A stretch of DNA of 64,000 bases from positions 1,628-65,627 of the forward strand of contig JAPPLY010000069.1 of assembly GCA_028819305.1 (NCBI GenBank), read 5' to 3'. The DNA is from Bdellovibrionales bacterium (GTDB lineage Bacteria; Bdellovibrionota; Bdellovibrionia; Bdellovibrionales; UBA1609). This document shows positions 27,544 through 36,448 of this stretch, in pieces. The translations under genes and the position numbers were made by a program. Numbering within the stretch: position 1 is the stretch's first letter; each line of letters begins with the position of its first letter. A model generated the notes under the pieces. It saw only the letters and a program-made list of their open reading frames with translations. It was not told the DNA's origin and ran no database searches.

Positions 27544-28305
27544 TTATAATTTTTTCGAGCAGCTGCTGATATCTGTTTTTGTTTGATCTCCTATAATATC
27601 AACATGATGTTCATCGGCTTTAGTTTCGTCGCCAGTAACATGTCTGCTAATAATTTTAAAGTGTGTAAAGTAGTCAAAGGATGGACAATTTGGTTCAGCT
27701 GCATCTTTATTGTCACAGACAGTTCCTCCTGATAGGAGTTTAATTATTCTACTCCAATCAATTTTTAAGTCTTTAAATTGTGATTTTTGCAATTGCACGC
27801 ACTCTCCTTTTTTTAAGGTGACGGACTTCTCACCTGAGCTTATTGTAACAGAGTTGGCATCACTGTTATTAGTAATGGAGTAGCGTGTGTCAGTTAATTC
27901 TTTACAATCTGAAGTATAATTGGAATTTCCTACTTTCTGTAATTCACCACTAGACGTATTTATGTCATAGTGACCGGCATCGGGACATTTGTCACCTGCT
28001 GTACTATCACAGATATTTGTTGTAGCACTTGTAGAAATTTTCAAGTTTTCAAACTGTGATTTTGTTAACCTCACACAGGCGTGTTGCTCTAAAACTATTG
28101 AAAGAGTACCTGAAGCTACTTTAACATTGGCCGTTTGTTTATTTGTAATGATAAAAAAATCTGGTTCCCCGGTTTCTTTATCTACACATTGCCCATCTCT
28201 CCATTCTTTAGAGGAGTCTTTTAAACAATTTCTTTTTTTATTGTTACCGCAACCCATAAGAGTAAGTGCTAAAAAAGTAAGGATCACGATCATAATACTT
28301 TTCAT
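27544..28305 (-). CDS. Cys-rich lipoprotein with internal duplication
   Basis: 253 aa. SD GGAGG, lipobox LTLMGC. Two related units: ...VKVASGTLSIVLEQHACVRLTKSQFENLKIS... and ...VTISSGEKSVTLKKGECVQLQKSQFKDLKID... Confidence 0.65.
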   Translation of the reverse strand: MKSIMIVILTFLALTLMGCGNNKKRNCLKDSSKEWRDGQCVDKETGEPDFFIITNKQTANVKVASGTLSIVLEQHACVRLTKSQFENLKISTSATTNICDSTAGDKCPDAGHYDINTSSGELQKVGNSNYTSDCKELTDTRYSITNNSDANSVTISSGEKSVTLKKGECVQLQKSQFKDLKIDWSRIIKLLSGGTVCDNKDAAEPNCPSFDYFTHFKIISRHVTGDETKADEHHVDIIGDQTKTDISSCSKKL

Positions 28306-28575
28306 TTGTATCCTCCAAGGGTAGTGAAAGGGATTTACAACATGATAAAGCGCTATTTTACATATAATGTTGTTAATATGTCAAAAAGTGTCTTTTTTTC
28401 TTAAAAAAAGTAAAATACCCCGACGAAGGGGCATGTTTTATAACTGAAATACATAAGTATATGAGGTAGCTTTTTGTTGCTCTATATTAGGGTAAAGTCG
28501 GGAGGGGTGTCAAAATGGAGGAGTATAGCTTAAAAAATATTGTGAAGGGACTTTTGTCTTGATAAGCTTTTTCCA

Positions 28576-29574
28576 ATGAAGCAAAAAATAATCTTCATAT
28601 ATCAAAAACATTTTCATAGGAAATTAACAAACTTCTGTCAATTTTTCTATGATAAAAAATACTGGATATTTGTCTTGTTTTGCTCTTATTGTGTAGCCGA
28701 TTTAATGGTTATTAGTTTACGGCCTGTATTTTTATCTGATGTTATGCCTCGTACCTCTCTCCCCTCTTATTCAGAAAAAACCTCTTCCATAGAGGAGTAT
28801 ATCCCTATATGGGACTTTAATATTTTCCATAATGCAGCTATTCCTACCCCCCTTTCTTCCGCTGTGGACAGTGGCAACGAAGTGAGTCCGGGCGATGGTC
28901 TCCCACGGCTATCTCGCCTGCCTTTGCAACTCAATGGCACTATTGTTCACAGCGACCCTCCACGCTCTATTGCCGATATTACTATAAAAAGTAAAAATGT
29001 GTCTGAATTTTACCAAGTAGGTAATATAGTGGATTCTTTAGCTCGTATTACACAAATAGAATTGGAAAGGGTGTATTTTATTAATCTCAATAGCAACAGA
29101 GAGGAATATTTAGAAATACAAAATTGGGATAGCATAGCGGTTGATTTTGGAATCACGAAACAAAGGGAACAGGTAAGACACAAACCCGCAGGCTTTATAA
29201 AACAAGTCGGGGATTTTCAGTTTCAGGTGAATAGGTCTGATGTCAATAAAATGCTCCGCTCCCTTCCTAATATTCTGCGGGAGGCTAAAGTTGTGCCTCA
29301 TTGGGAAAAGGGAAAAATGATGGGTTGGCGCTTTGAATACATCAAATCAGACAGTATCTTTGAAGAAATGGGCTTTCAAAAATCGGACATCATCACTTCC
29401 ATTGCCGGGGAGATGCCTCGTTCTCAAATTCAGGCTGCTGAAATGTTCCAACGGTTTAAAAATCACTCAAAAGTGGATATAATGTTGAAGAGAAAAGGAA
29501 AAGACATCCCCTTTTCCTGGTCTGTCAATGAAGATGTTTCCATTGAGGAACCACCCAGAAGCCATCTGTATTAA
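28576..29574 (+). CDS. gspC: type II secretion system protein C
   Basis: 332 aa. N-terminal TM. HR-like region LQLNGTIVHSDPPRSIADITIK...YQVGNIV...ITQIELERVYF. C-terminal PDZ-like GFQKSDIITSIAGE. Confidence 0.65.
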   Translation: MKQKIIFIYQKHFHRKLTNFCQFFYDKKYWIFVLFCSYCVADLMVISLRPVFLSDVMPRTSLPSYSEKTSSIEEYIPIWDFNIFHNAAIPTPLSSAVDSGNEVSPGDGLPRLSRLPLQLNGTIVHSDPPRSIADITIKSKNVSEFYQVGNIVDSLARITQIELERVYFINLNSNREEYLEIQNWDSIAVDFGITKQREQVRHKPAGFIKQVGDFQFQVNRSDVNKMLRSLPNILREAKVVPHWEKGKMMGWRFEYIKSDSIFEEMGFQKSDIITSIAGEMPRSQIQAAEMFQRFKNHSKVDIMLKRKGKDIPFSWSVNEDVSIEEPPRSHLY

Positions 29575-29606
29575 ACAAATACAGGGTTTTAATTTATACA
29601 GCAAGG

Positions 29607-32366
29607 ATGCTCATCAGAATGTACCATTTTATACAAATTTTGTTTAAAAATTTTAAAAGCTTGGCTAAAAAGCGGAAAAGGCCGGGAAGTTACAAAAAAA
29701 TAATACCCATTTTGTCTATTTTTATCTTTTTAGCTTTGCCCGTGATGGGGGCTTATAGCCTGGAAAACAAAAAATCAGCCCAAAAATCTTTTCCGAAATT
29801 TATTGGTAATAAACCTACAAAAAACCCCACTTTTCCTCAGTACATTGGTAAAAAACCTAAAGATGTTAAAACATTTCCTGAGCTTATTGGCAAAAAAACG
29901 GGGGTGGAACTGCAAGAGGCAAAACCGGAAGACATTACATCTAATAACTACCCTGATGTACTTGACGGTATTGGGGTGGTCAATTGGGAATTAAGCAAAG
30001 TTATAAAACTTATGAGTGAATACTTCCAGATTAAAATTATTATGGATCCTAGTATAGGTAGCCAGAAAATAAGCATTATTTCCTACACTCCCATTACGGT
30101 TGCTGAAGTTTATCAAGCTTTTTTATCTGCTCTGGCTATCCACGATCTGACAGTGATTCGTACTGGTTCTTTCTTAAAAGTGGTTAAAACAGAAGTAGCT
30201 TTAAAAAGCAATTTAAGAGTTTACGAAGGGAACAAAAAAATTAATACGGATCAGTTTCTTACCAGTATTATCAAATTAAAAAATATTAGTGCGGCCTCTT
30301 TGGAAGCAAAAATGAAACCTTTTATTGATGCAAAGGCCGTAAAGTCCCTTATTTTCTATCCTCCTTCCAATGCCGTCATTATTTCTGATTACGGTTTAAA
30401 TGTCGAGAGGATCAGAAAAATTATTAAGAGTTTAGATGTTCCCAGTAAGGATTTTATTTTTAAAGTCTTCCCCATTAAACATGCCAGAGCAGAAACACTG
30501 GTCAAAATCATTAACAACTTGTTGCCAACAGGAAACCGGCCCGCCTACTCCTATCGGAGAGCCTCCGCAAAAAAAACACAGTCCCAACAATTTGTCAACA
30601 TCAGCGCTCTTTCTTCTGATGAGAGAACCAACTCTATTATAGTTATGGGAAATAAATCCGGCATTGATAAAGTGCAAGAGCTTATAAAGGAATTAGATTA
30701 TTATAAAGACCCTGAATTAGCGGGAGGAATTTATGTTTATAAAGTGAAGCATGGAACAGCGGAGGAGTTAGCAACGACTTTAAACGATCTCATTGGCAAC
30801 ACTTCTTCTTCAAAAGAAACAGCACAAAAAAATATGCTTAAATCTTCTAACACTCCCGCTTCAAGAAGAGGGGGAGGTAGTTCTTCAGCATCAAACTTAC
30901 AAGATGTTAATACGGCACAATCTTTTCAAGATGTGCGAATCATAGCTGAAAAAAACACAAACAGCCTGCTTATTGTGTCTAATAAATACAATTATGAAAC
31001 AATATTGAATATTTTGAAAAAAGTGGATATTTCCAGAAATCAAGTGTTTGTAAAGTCTATTATTATGGAGCTTAGTACACAAAAAAGCAATGACTGGCAG
31101 ATGGCCAATTATTACTTTCCAGAAACAGGGGAAGGAATAGTGCGTATGGGGTATGGAATAAAAAAACTAACAGATATAGGTTCTCCTGGAGGAGCCACTC
31201 TCTTTTTTCCTCTCTCCCTTCTTAATATATCCAAAAGCACCACGACGGACATAACTAATTTTGCAAACTTAAATAACCTAGATATAAAAAAGGATTTAAA
31301 AATACCTACTCTATCTTCTTTTATAAATTTTTTACAAACAAATGTAGGAGCTAATATTCTTTCCACTCCCCAGGTTATGGCTTTAGATCATCAACAAGCA
31401 GAAGTAAAAATTACAGAGCATATTCCTATACTGGGAGAAAGAACCACGCAAACTAATATCGCTAATCAGTTCACTGTATCCGCCGGCAAAGAGACGGTGG
31501 AAACATCTCTCATTATTACACCTCATATTAACCCTGATGTGAACTCCATTCGTTTAGAAATTGAGCAAAAAATTGATAATATATCTAAAGAAGCGGAAGT
31601 GCCTGAAGCTCTTAGAGATTTTGGTGTAGCTGTAAAGAAAAGAACTATTAAAACTTTTATTAATTTAAAAGACCAAGAAACAGCTGTCTTAGGTGGCCTA
31701 GTAAAAGAAACCAACAGTAAAGTAAATTCAAAAATTCCCATTTTAGGAGATATTCCCATCATAGGTTGGCTATTTAAAAATTCTGAAACAGATAGAAAAA
31801 AATCCAACTTAATTGTATTTATCACACCTTATATTATTCGCTCGGCGAAAGGGCATAAAACAATCTTAAGTCGCAAATTAAAAGAGAGAATGGATTTTAT
31901 TCGTCAATTCACCGGTAAGAAAGACCCTCATCGAGAGTTAATTGAAAAAATGCGACCAACTGAACTGAACTCCCTAGAGGACTTCTCCACCTATGGGGAA
32001 AGATCTTCATGGAGTAAGGAAAAAGCTTTAAGAGAGGAAGAGGATTTACCTTACATGGATGACGACTATTATGAAGAAGATGTCATCCCTCCTGATATGG
32101 AAGCTAAGGAAACAAAGCCCGATCAACCGGTGGAGGAACGGATTAGAAATATACCAAATACAGATGAACCTGTCAGGGACGATTACTATGATGATGCTGA
32201 TTTAACTCCACCTGATGATATGTCCTCCATATCTGATACGCCCTCCATAGATGATTCGGAAGACTCTCCAGAGGAGGAGAACCAGCCTGATATGGACAAC
32301 CTGATCCCTTCAGATATAGACTCCATAGATGAGGTACCTTCAGAAGAAAAAGCACCGCCACTATAA
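29607..32366 (+). CDS. gspD: type II secretion system secretin with unusual N- and C-terminal extensions
   Basis: 919 aa. N0-like VNWELSKVIKLMSEY..., secretin core ending PILGDIPIIGWLFKNSETDRKKSNLIVFITPYIIRS. Three 14-aa repeats at 29787-29903. Acidic tail of about 130 aa. Confidence 0.85.
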   Translation: MLIRMYHFIQILFKNFKSLAKKRKRPGSYKKIIPILSIFIFLALPVMGAYSLENKKSAQKSFPKFIGNKPTKNPTFPQYIGKKPKDVKTFPELIGKKTGVELQEAKPEDITSNNYPDVLDGIGVVNWELSKVIKLMSEYFQIKIIMDPSIGSQKISIISYTPITVAEVYQAFLSALAIHDLTVIRTGSFLKVVKTEVALKSNLRVYEGNKKINTDQFLTSIIKLKNISAASLEAKMKPFIDAKAVKSLIFYPPSNAVIISDYGLNVERIRKIIKSLDVPSKDFIFKVFPIKHARAETLVKIINNLLPTGNRPAYSYRRASAKKTQSQQFVNISALSSDERTNSIIVMGNKSGIDKVQELIKELDYYKDPELAGGIYVYKVKHGTAEELATTLNDLIGNTSSSKETAQKNMLKSSNTPASRRGGGSSSASNLQDVNTAQSFQDVRIIAEKNTNSLLIVSNKYNYETILNILKKVDISRNQVFVKSIIMELSTQKSNDWQMANYYFPETGEGIVRMGYGIKKLTDIGSPGGATLFFPLSLLNISKSTTTDITNFANLNNLDIKKDLKIPTLSSFINFLQTNVGANILSTPQVMALDHQQAEVKITEHIPILGERTTQTNIANQFTVSAGKETVETSLIITPHINPDVNSIRLEIEQKIDNISKEAEVPEALRDFGVAVKKRTIKTFINLKDQETAVLGGLVKETNSKVNSKIPILGDIPIIGWLFKNSETDRKKSNLIVFITPYIIRSAKGHKTILSRKLKERMDFIRQFTGKKDPHRELIEKMRPTELNSLEDFSTYGERSSWSKEKALREEEDLPYMDDDYYEEDVIPPDMEAKETKPDQPVEERIRNIPNTDEPVRDDYYDDADLTPPDDMSSISDTPSIDDSEDSPEEENQPDMDNLIPSDIDSIDEVPSEEKAPPL
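29787..29903 (+). repeat. three tandem 42-bp (14-aa) repeats in the gspD N-terminus
   Basis: SFPKFIGNKPTKNP / TFPQYIGKKPKDVK / TFPELIGKKTG. Confidence 0.75.
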
Positions 32367-32464
32367 AAATCATTTGATCTATATAAATAATTAGGTTACA
32401 TTTTATAGGTATAAATCCCTAAGAAGAAAAATATATAACCTCTCAAAAAAAGGAGCTGATAATC

Positions 32465-33337
32465 ATGAAACTACTACCTTCACATAAATTACTTATTTTA
32501 CTGTCTATAACTCTCCCTCTTTTATTTAATATTTCTTGTGCTCACCATAAGTATAAGAAGAAATATAAAAAAGCAGGCCTGGCTGTCCTTTCTCCTGTAA
32601 ATAACAGTAAAGTAAAAGGTTGGGTGCATTTTCATAAAATCGAGCGGAAAAAGGTGTTGGTAAGAGCGAAAGTGACAGGATTAGAGCCAAATAAAAAATA
32701 TGGATTTCATATCCATCAATATGGGGATTGTAGGGAAGACGGCAAAAATGCAGGTGGTCACTTAAGTTATCGCAAAAACAGCAAACACGGTGCCCCTGAC
32801 TCTGAAAAAAAACATATAGGTGATTTGGGTAATCTAGTGACGGGAAAAACAGGAACGGCTACTTACCAAAATATTCTGGATATTTGTATGTATAAGACAG
32901 GGGGTCGTTCTGTTATTGTGCATGCCAATGAAGACGACTTAAAATCACAACCTTCAGGTAACTCAGGTTCTTATATCGGTTGTGGTGTGATTGGTTATGT
33001 GAAGTCAGCAGATCAAGAAAAAGGAGTTTCTAAAGTCACAAAAGAAAAAGCCAAAGCTACAAAAATGGAAAAAGAAACCCCTAAAGCTAAAGGAACTACT
33101 AAGACTAAAGAAAAAACTAAAGCTATAGAAACAAAAAAAGGGGAACTAAAAACCAAAGAAGAAACTAAAACCAAGGAGACCGAAGAAAAAGCACCTAAAG
33201 TTAAAGAAACTATCAAGACAAAGGAAAAAGCCAAAGCCACAAAAATGAAAAAAGAAGCCCCTAAAGCTAAAGAAAAAGCCAAAGCTACAAAAATGAAAAA
33301 AGAAGCCCCTAAAGCTAAAGAAAAACCAAAACAGTAG
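32465..33337 (+). CDS. sodC: periplasmic Cu/Zn superoxide dismutase with Lys-rich repeat tail
   Basis: 290 aa. SD AAGGAG. Signal/lipobox-like LFNISC. GFHIHQYGDC, HIGDLGNL, VIVHANEDDL and GCGVIG, followed by about 110 aa of K/E/T/A repeats. Confidence 0.88.
   Translation: MKLLPSHKLLILLSITLPLLFNISCAHHKYKKKYKKAGLAVLSPVNNSKVKGWVHFHKIERKKVLVRAKVTGLEPNKKYGFHIHQYGDCREDGKNAGGHLSYRKNSKHGAPDSEKKHIGDLGNLVTGKTGTATYQNILDICMYKTGGRSVIVHANEDDLKSQPSGNSGSYIGCGVIGYVKSADQEKGVSKVTKEKAKATKMEKETPKAKGTTKTKEKTKAIETKKGELKTKEETKTKETEEKAPKVKETIKTKEKAKATKMKKEAPKAKEKAKATKMKKEAPKAKEKPKQ
33041..33337 (+). repeat. Lys-rich coding repeats, including two perfect-looking 48-bp tandem units at 33221-33316
   Basis: KEKAKATKMKKEAPKA appears twice, plus a partial third unit and a diverged copy (KEKAKATKMEKETPKA) at 33041-33088. 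Confidence 0.85.
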
Positions 33338-33446
33338 CAAAGTAAAAGTGCATTGGACAAGCTCTTGCGGGACAGGGAGTCCCAAAAGAGGCTTTCCGTA
33401 TGAGAAAATAAGTGGAAATAACGAGCTTTCTTGGAACTGACAGAAG

Positions 33447-35279
33447 ATGGTAAAGATAAGAAAAGCTTCTTTATTTTTGTTTCTTTGTTTATCAGGTGTG
33501 CTTATCCTGATACCTTTTTTTAAGGTATCAAAAAATCAATTCAAAAAAGCAGAATTGAGCGCAGAGCTTAGAAAAAAATTTAAGAAACAACTAAAACCAT
33601 TACCAGATCCTCCCTTTCAAGAGGTACTAGGGTATAAAGTTACAAAAGCGGAGGCTAACTTAGGTCGTTTGCTTTTTAATGATCCCGTCCTCTCCAGAAA
33701 TAATGATGTTAGTTGTGCCACCTGCCACTTAACCAATCATGGTTTTGCTGATGGTAATCGCCTGAATTTCGGTGCTCTGGGGGCAGGAGGTCCTACCGGA
33801 AAAAATGTTGGGAAAAAATGGGGAACAGGCAGGCTTTCCATCAACCGCTTTTGTTCAGATGATGGGGCTGGTTTTTATTGTGACGACCCTATGTTTCGGA
33901 ATACTCTTTCCACTATTAATGTTATCTACCGTGCTCACCCTCAAACAGACTCAGGGTTGCTATGGGATGGCCGATTTGGAAGGTTAGACTTTCAGGTGTT
34001 ATTACCCATACATACAAGGGAGGAGATGTGTGGAGTGAACCCCATACCAGCTAAAAACAATCCTTTCAGAAAAGGAGGTCCTCTCTTCGACAAACCAGTA
34101 ATAATCAAACATTCGCATCTTTATAATCCTACATCCGGGAAACAGATTTTTACTTTTAATAGCCCCCCACAAACCATTTCATCTGTAGAGAGTTTTAGAC
34201 CGAATAAGAGCATTACCTACCCTGCCAGAAATGAATGTGTCGCCATTGCTGTAGCTAAAGTGCGAAAAATTCCCTACTACCAAAAAAAATTTAAAAAAAT
34301 ATACAATTCTAAAGTGACTGACATTTTAATTGGAAAAGCTTTAGCTACTTTCGTCAGTACTCATATTGCTAATAAAAGCCCTTATGATTTATTTGTGGCT
34401 GGCTATGACACCTTATCTATTAAACAACTAAAAGGCCTGGCTATTTTTATGACTCCGGTTGGTCAGACCATTACTATAGGTAAAAAACAATGGAAAGGGA
34501 AGGGGGCGGGGTGTGCGTACTGTCACTCTCCTCCTTTTTTTGGTGGTTCTCAATTTTACACACTAGGGATAAAAGGGGATGACCGTAGTTCTCTATCTAA
34601 ACCAGGGGTTATTTTTGAAAACGGAGGGTTCCCCATTAATGTCCAAACAACACATGGTGTGCTTCCTTCCTGTCATATTTCCAGAGTATCTGTTAGTGCA
34701 ACAAGTGCTTCCCCTGACATAGGAAGAGCTATTGCCACTTCCGATGTAAAAGATTGTTTTAAATTTCGCACACCGGTTTTAAGAAATGTGATTGAAACCT
34801 ACCCTTATTTTCACCATGGAACAGAAACGGGATTAAATATTTTCCCAGATCATACCCATCATTCTTTGACAAATAAAAAATTTAAAGCTCTCAGTTTGTA
34901 TGCCTTAAAACGAGCTATCGAGTACCATTTAAGAGGCCCGATAGACATAGCAAAAGTAAATTCTCTTCAACCAACACAAGTGTTTTTTGATTCTTTTTTT
35001 CAAATTGACCCTTTAGTTTCACCTCTCTTAATGCAGTTTGGTCCGCCAGACAGTGCTCAACATTATCCGCTTATGCTGGACAAACATTCTCTTAACTCTT
35101 TAGTGGATTTTGTGGCTTTCGGTTTATATGATAAAACAGCTGTTCGGAAAGGGTACTTAAATAATCGTCTCAGCCATCCTATGAGGGTTCCCAGTGGCTT
35201 TCTTCCCACTATTACCAGGGATCACGGGACACAGATGGAGTTACCTCCCAATGGAAAATTTTCTATTTCAAAAAAATAA
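33447..35279 (+). CDS. di-haem cytochrome c peroxidase/MauG-family protein (long form)
   Basis: 610 aa. N-terminal signal/TM. Haem motifs CATCH and CAYCH. Confidence 0.7.
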   Translation: MVKIRKASLFLFLCLSGVLILIPFFKVSKNQFKKAELSAELRKKFKKQLKPLPDPPFQEVLGYKVTKAEANLGRLLFNDPVLSRNNDVSCATCHLTNHGFADGNRLNFGALGAGGPTGKNVGKKWGTGRLSINRFCSDDGAGFYCDDPMFRNTLSTINVIYRAHPQTDSGLLWDGRFGRLDFQVLLPIHTREEMCGVNPIPAKNNPFRKGGPLFDKPVIIKHSHLYNPTSGKQIFTFNSPPQTISSVESFRPNKSITYPARNECVAIAVAKVRKIPYYQKKFKKIYNSKVTDILIGKALATFVSTHIANKSPYDLFVAGYDTLSIKQLKGLAIFMTPVGQTITIGKKQWKGKGAGCAYCHSPPFFGGSQFYTLGIKGDDRSSLSKPGVIFENGGFPINVQTTHGVLPSCHISRVSVSATSASPDIGRAIATSDVKDCFKFRTPVLRNVIETYPYFHHGTETGLNIFPDHTHHSLTNKKFKALSLYALKRAIEYHLRGPIDIAKVNSLQPTQVFFDSFFQIDPLVSPLLMQFGPPDSAQHYPLMLDKHSLNSLVDFVAFGLYDKTAVRKGYLNNRLSHPMRVPSGFLPTITRDHGTQMELPPNGKFSISKK

Positions 35280-35303
35280 TGATACTTCCATACCCATCGG
35301 ATA

Positions 35304-35705
35304 TTATTTTTGATCAGCGGAAACTGCAATGCTTTCCACTCCGGCCTGACGAATCTGGTCCATCACATCCACTAGAAGACCGGTCTCTGATCTTTTATCT
35401 GCCTGAATCACTACTGTGCCTTCAGGGCTTTCCGCATGTAACCTCTCAATATTGGCCCTTACGGAACGAATATCCACTTTCCTTCTTTGGATCCATATTT
35501 CTCCTGACTGGTTAATCGCTACTAATATAGAAGCTTGTTGTTTTTTCTTAGCTGTTTTGGCGGAAGGACGACTGACATCAATACCTGATTCCTTTACAAA
35601 AGAGGTAGTTACAATAAAGAAAATAAGCATAATAAAAACTACATCCAACATGGGAGTAAGATCAATCCCGCTTTCTTCTTCTTTTCTTTTAAACATTCTT
35701 CTCAT
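35304..35705 (-). CDS. exbD: ExbD/TolR biopolymer transport protein
   Basis: 133 aa. IDLTPMLDVVFIMLIFFIV. Confidence 0.88.
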   Translation of the reverse strand: MRRMFKRKEEESGIDLTPMLDVVFIMLIFFIVTTSFVKESGIDVSRPSAKTAKKKQQASILVAINQSGEIWIQRRKVDIRSVRANIERLHAESPEGTVVIQADKRSETGLLVDVMDQIRQAGVESIAVSADQK

Positions 35706-35765
35706 TTTTTGTTTTCTTTTCTATTATGGAGCTAGTAACCTCTTACTTGTGATCGAAGGGCCGGC

Positions 35766-35795
35766 TTCACGGGGATCAAAACAAGATCAGTATAT
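35766..35795. repeat. T1 terminus variant (CTTCACGGGGATCAAAACAAGATCAGTATA)
   Basis: Nearly identical to 53866-53898 (GGAAACGGGGATAAAACAAGATCAGTATA) and related to 5711-5743. Confidence 0.7.
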
Positions 35796-35803
35796 TCCTA
35801 TCT

Positions 35804-35901
35804 AGTCGGTTCTGAAAAAGCTTTTTCTTGTTAATATTACTCCCTCAAAATAACAAAAATATAAATAAAATTAAATTGTTAGGACTTTTTCAGAATCGAC
35901 T
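35804..35901. mobile_element. T2 MITE-like element (98 bp, minimal form)
   Basis: AGTCGGTTCTGAAAAAG...CTTTTTCAGAATCGACT. Its last bases overlap the TAG stop of exbB. Confidence 0.85.
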
Positions 35902-36439
35902 ATCTATAATCCATCCACCTTGGTTGTTGAATTTGCCTTAAATAAAATTGCACACGGTTTTCCAATACACGACTAACAAAAATACCGGACAAAGCTCCTA
36001 CCATACCGGCCATGGTGGGAATAGTGGCCATGGAAATACCACTCGCCATCAGACGCGCATTACCGGTCCCTACCTCTGCCATAACTTCAAACACAGCCAC
36101 CATCCCTGTAACCGTGCCCAATAAACCCATAAGAGGACAAAGGGCCACCAAAACTTTAATAGCAGGTATATTTTTATTCAATAATAACCTTAAACCCGAT
36201 AAGTCTGCTTTCCACATTCGCAAATATAAAGAAGAAGTTACAGAGTTAGCGGGAGGGCGTTTTTGCCATTTATTTAATACTAATTGAGTATCCTTTTTGA
36301 AGCTGAAGCGAAAATACCAAAATCTTTCTATAATGTAAAACCATAGAGCTAGGAGGAGAAAAAAGATCAAATACAAAACTCCACCACCTTTATCCATAAA
36401 GTTTTGTATCACTTCAAAAAAATAATAAATATAAGTCAT
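35900..36439 (-). CDS. exbB: MotA/TolQ/ExbB proton-channel protein
   Basis: 179 aa. LMGLLGTVTGMVAVFEVMA...MASGISMATIPTMAGMVGAL. Confidence 0.85.
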   Translation of the reverse strand: MTYIYYFFEVIQNFMDKGGGVLYLIFFLLLALWFYIIERFWYFRFSFKKDTQLVLNKWQKRPPANSVTSSLYLRMWKADLSGLRLLLNKNIPAIKVLVALCPLMGLLGTVTGMVAVFEVMAEVGTGNARLMASGISMATIPTMAGMVGALSGIFVSRVLENRVQFYLRQIQQPRWMDYR

Positions 36440-36448
36440 AGAGTGTCT

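Noticed and set aside
29803-31825. Small ORFs on both strands within gspD.
   Set aside because: They are nested in a well-supported secretin gene.
33013-33385. ORFs 33013..33360 and 33146..33385 on the minus strand.
   Set aside because: They are antisense artefacts of the low-complexity Lys-rich repeat tail of sodC.
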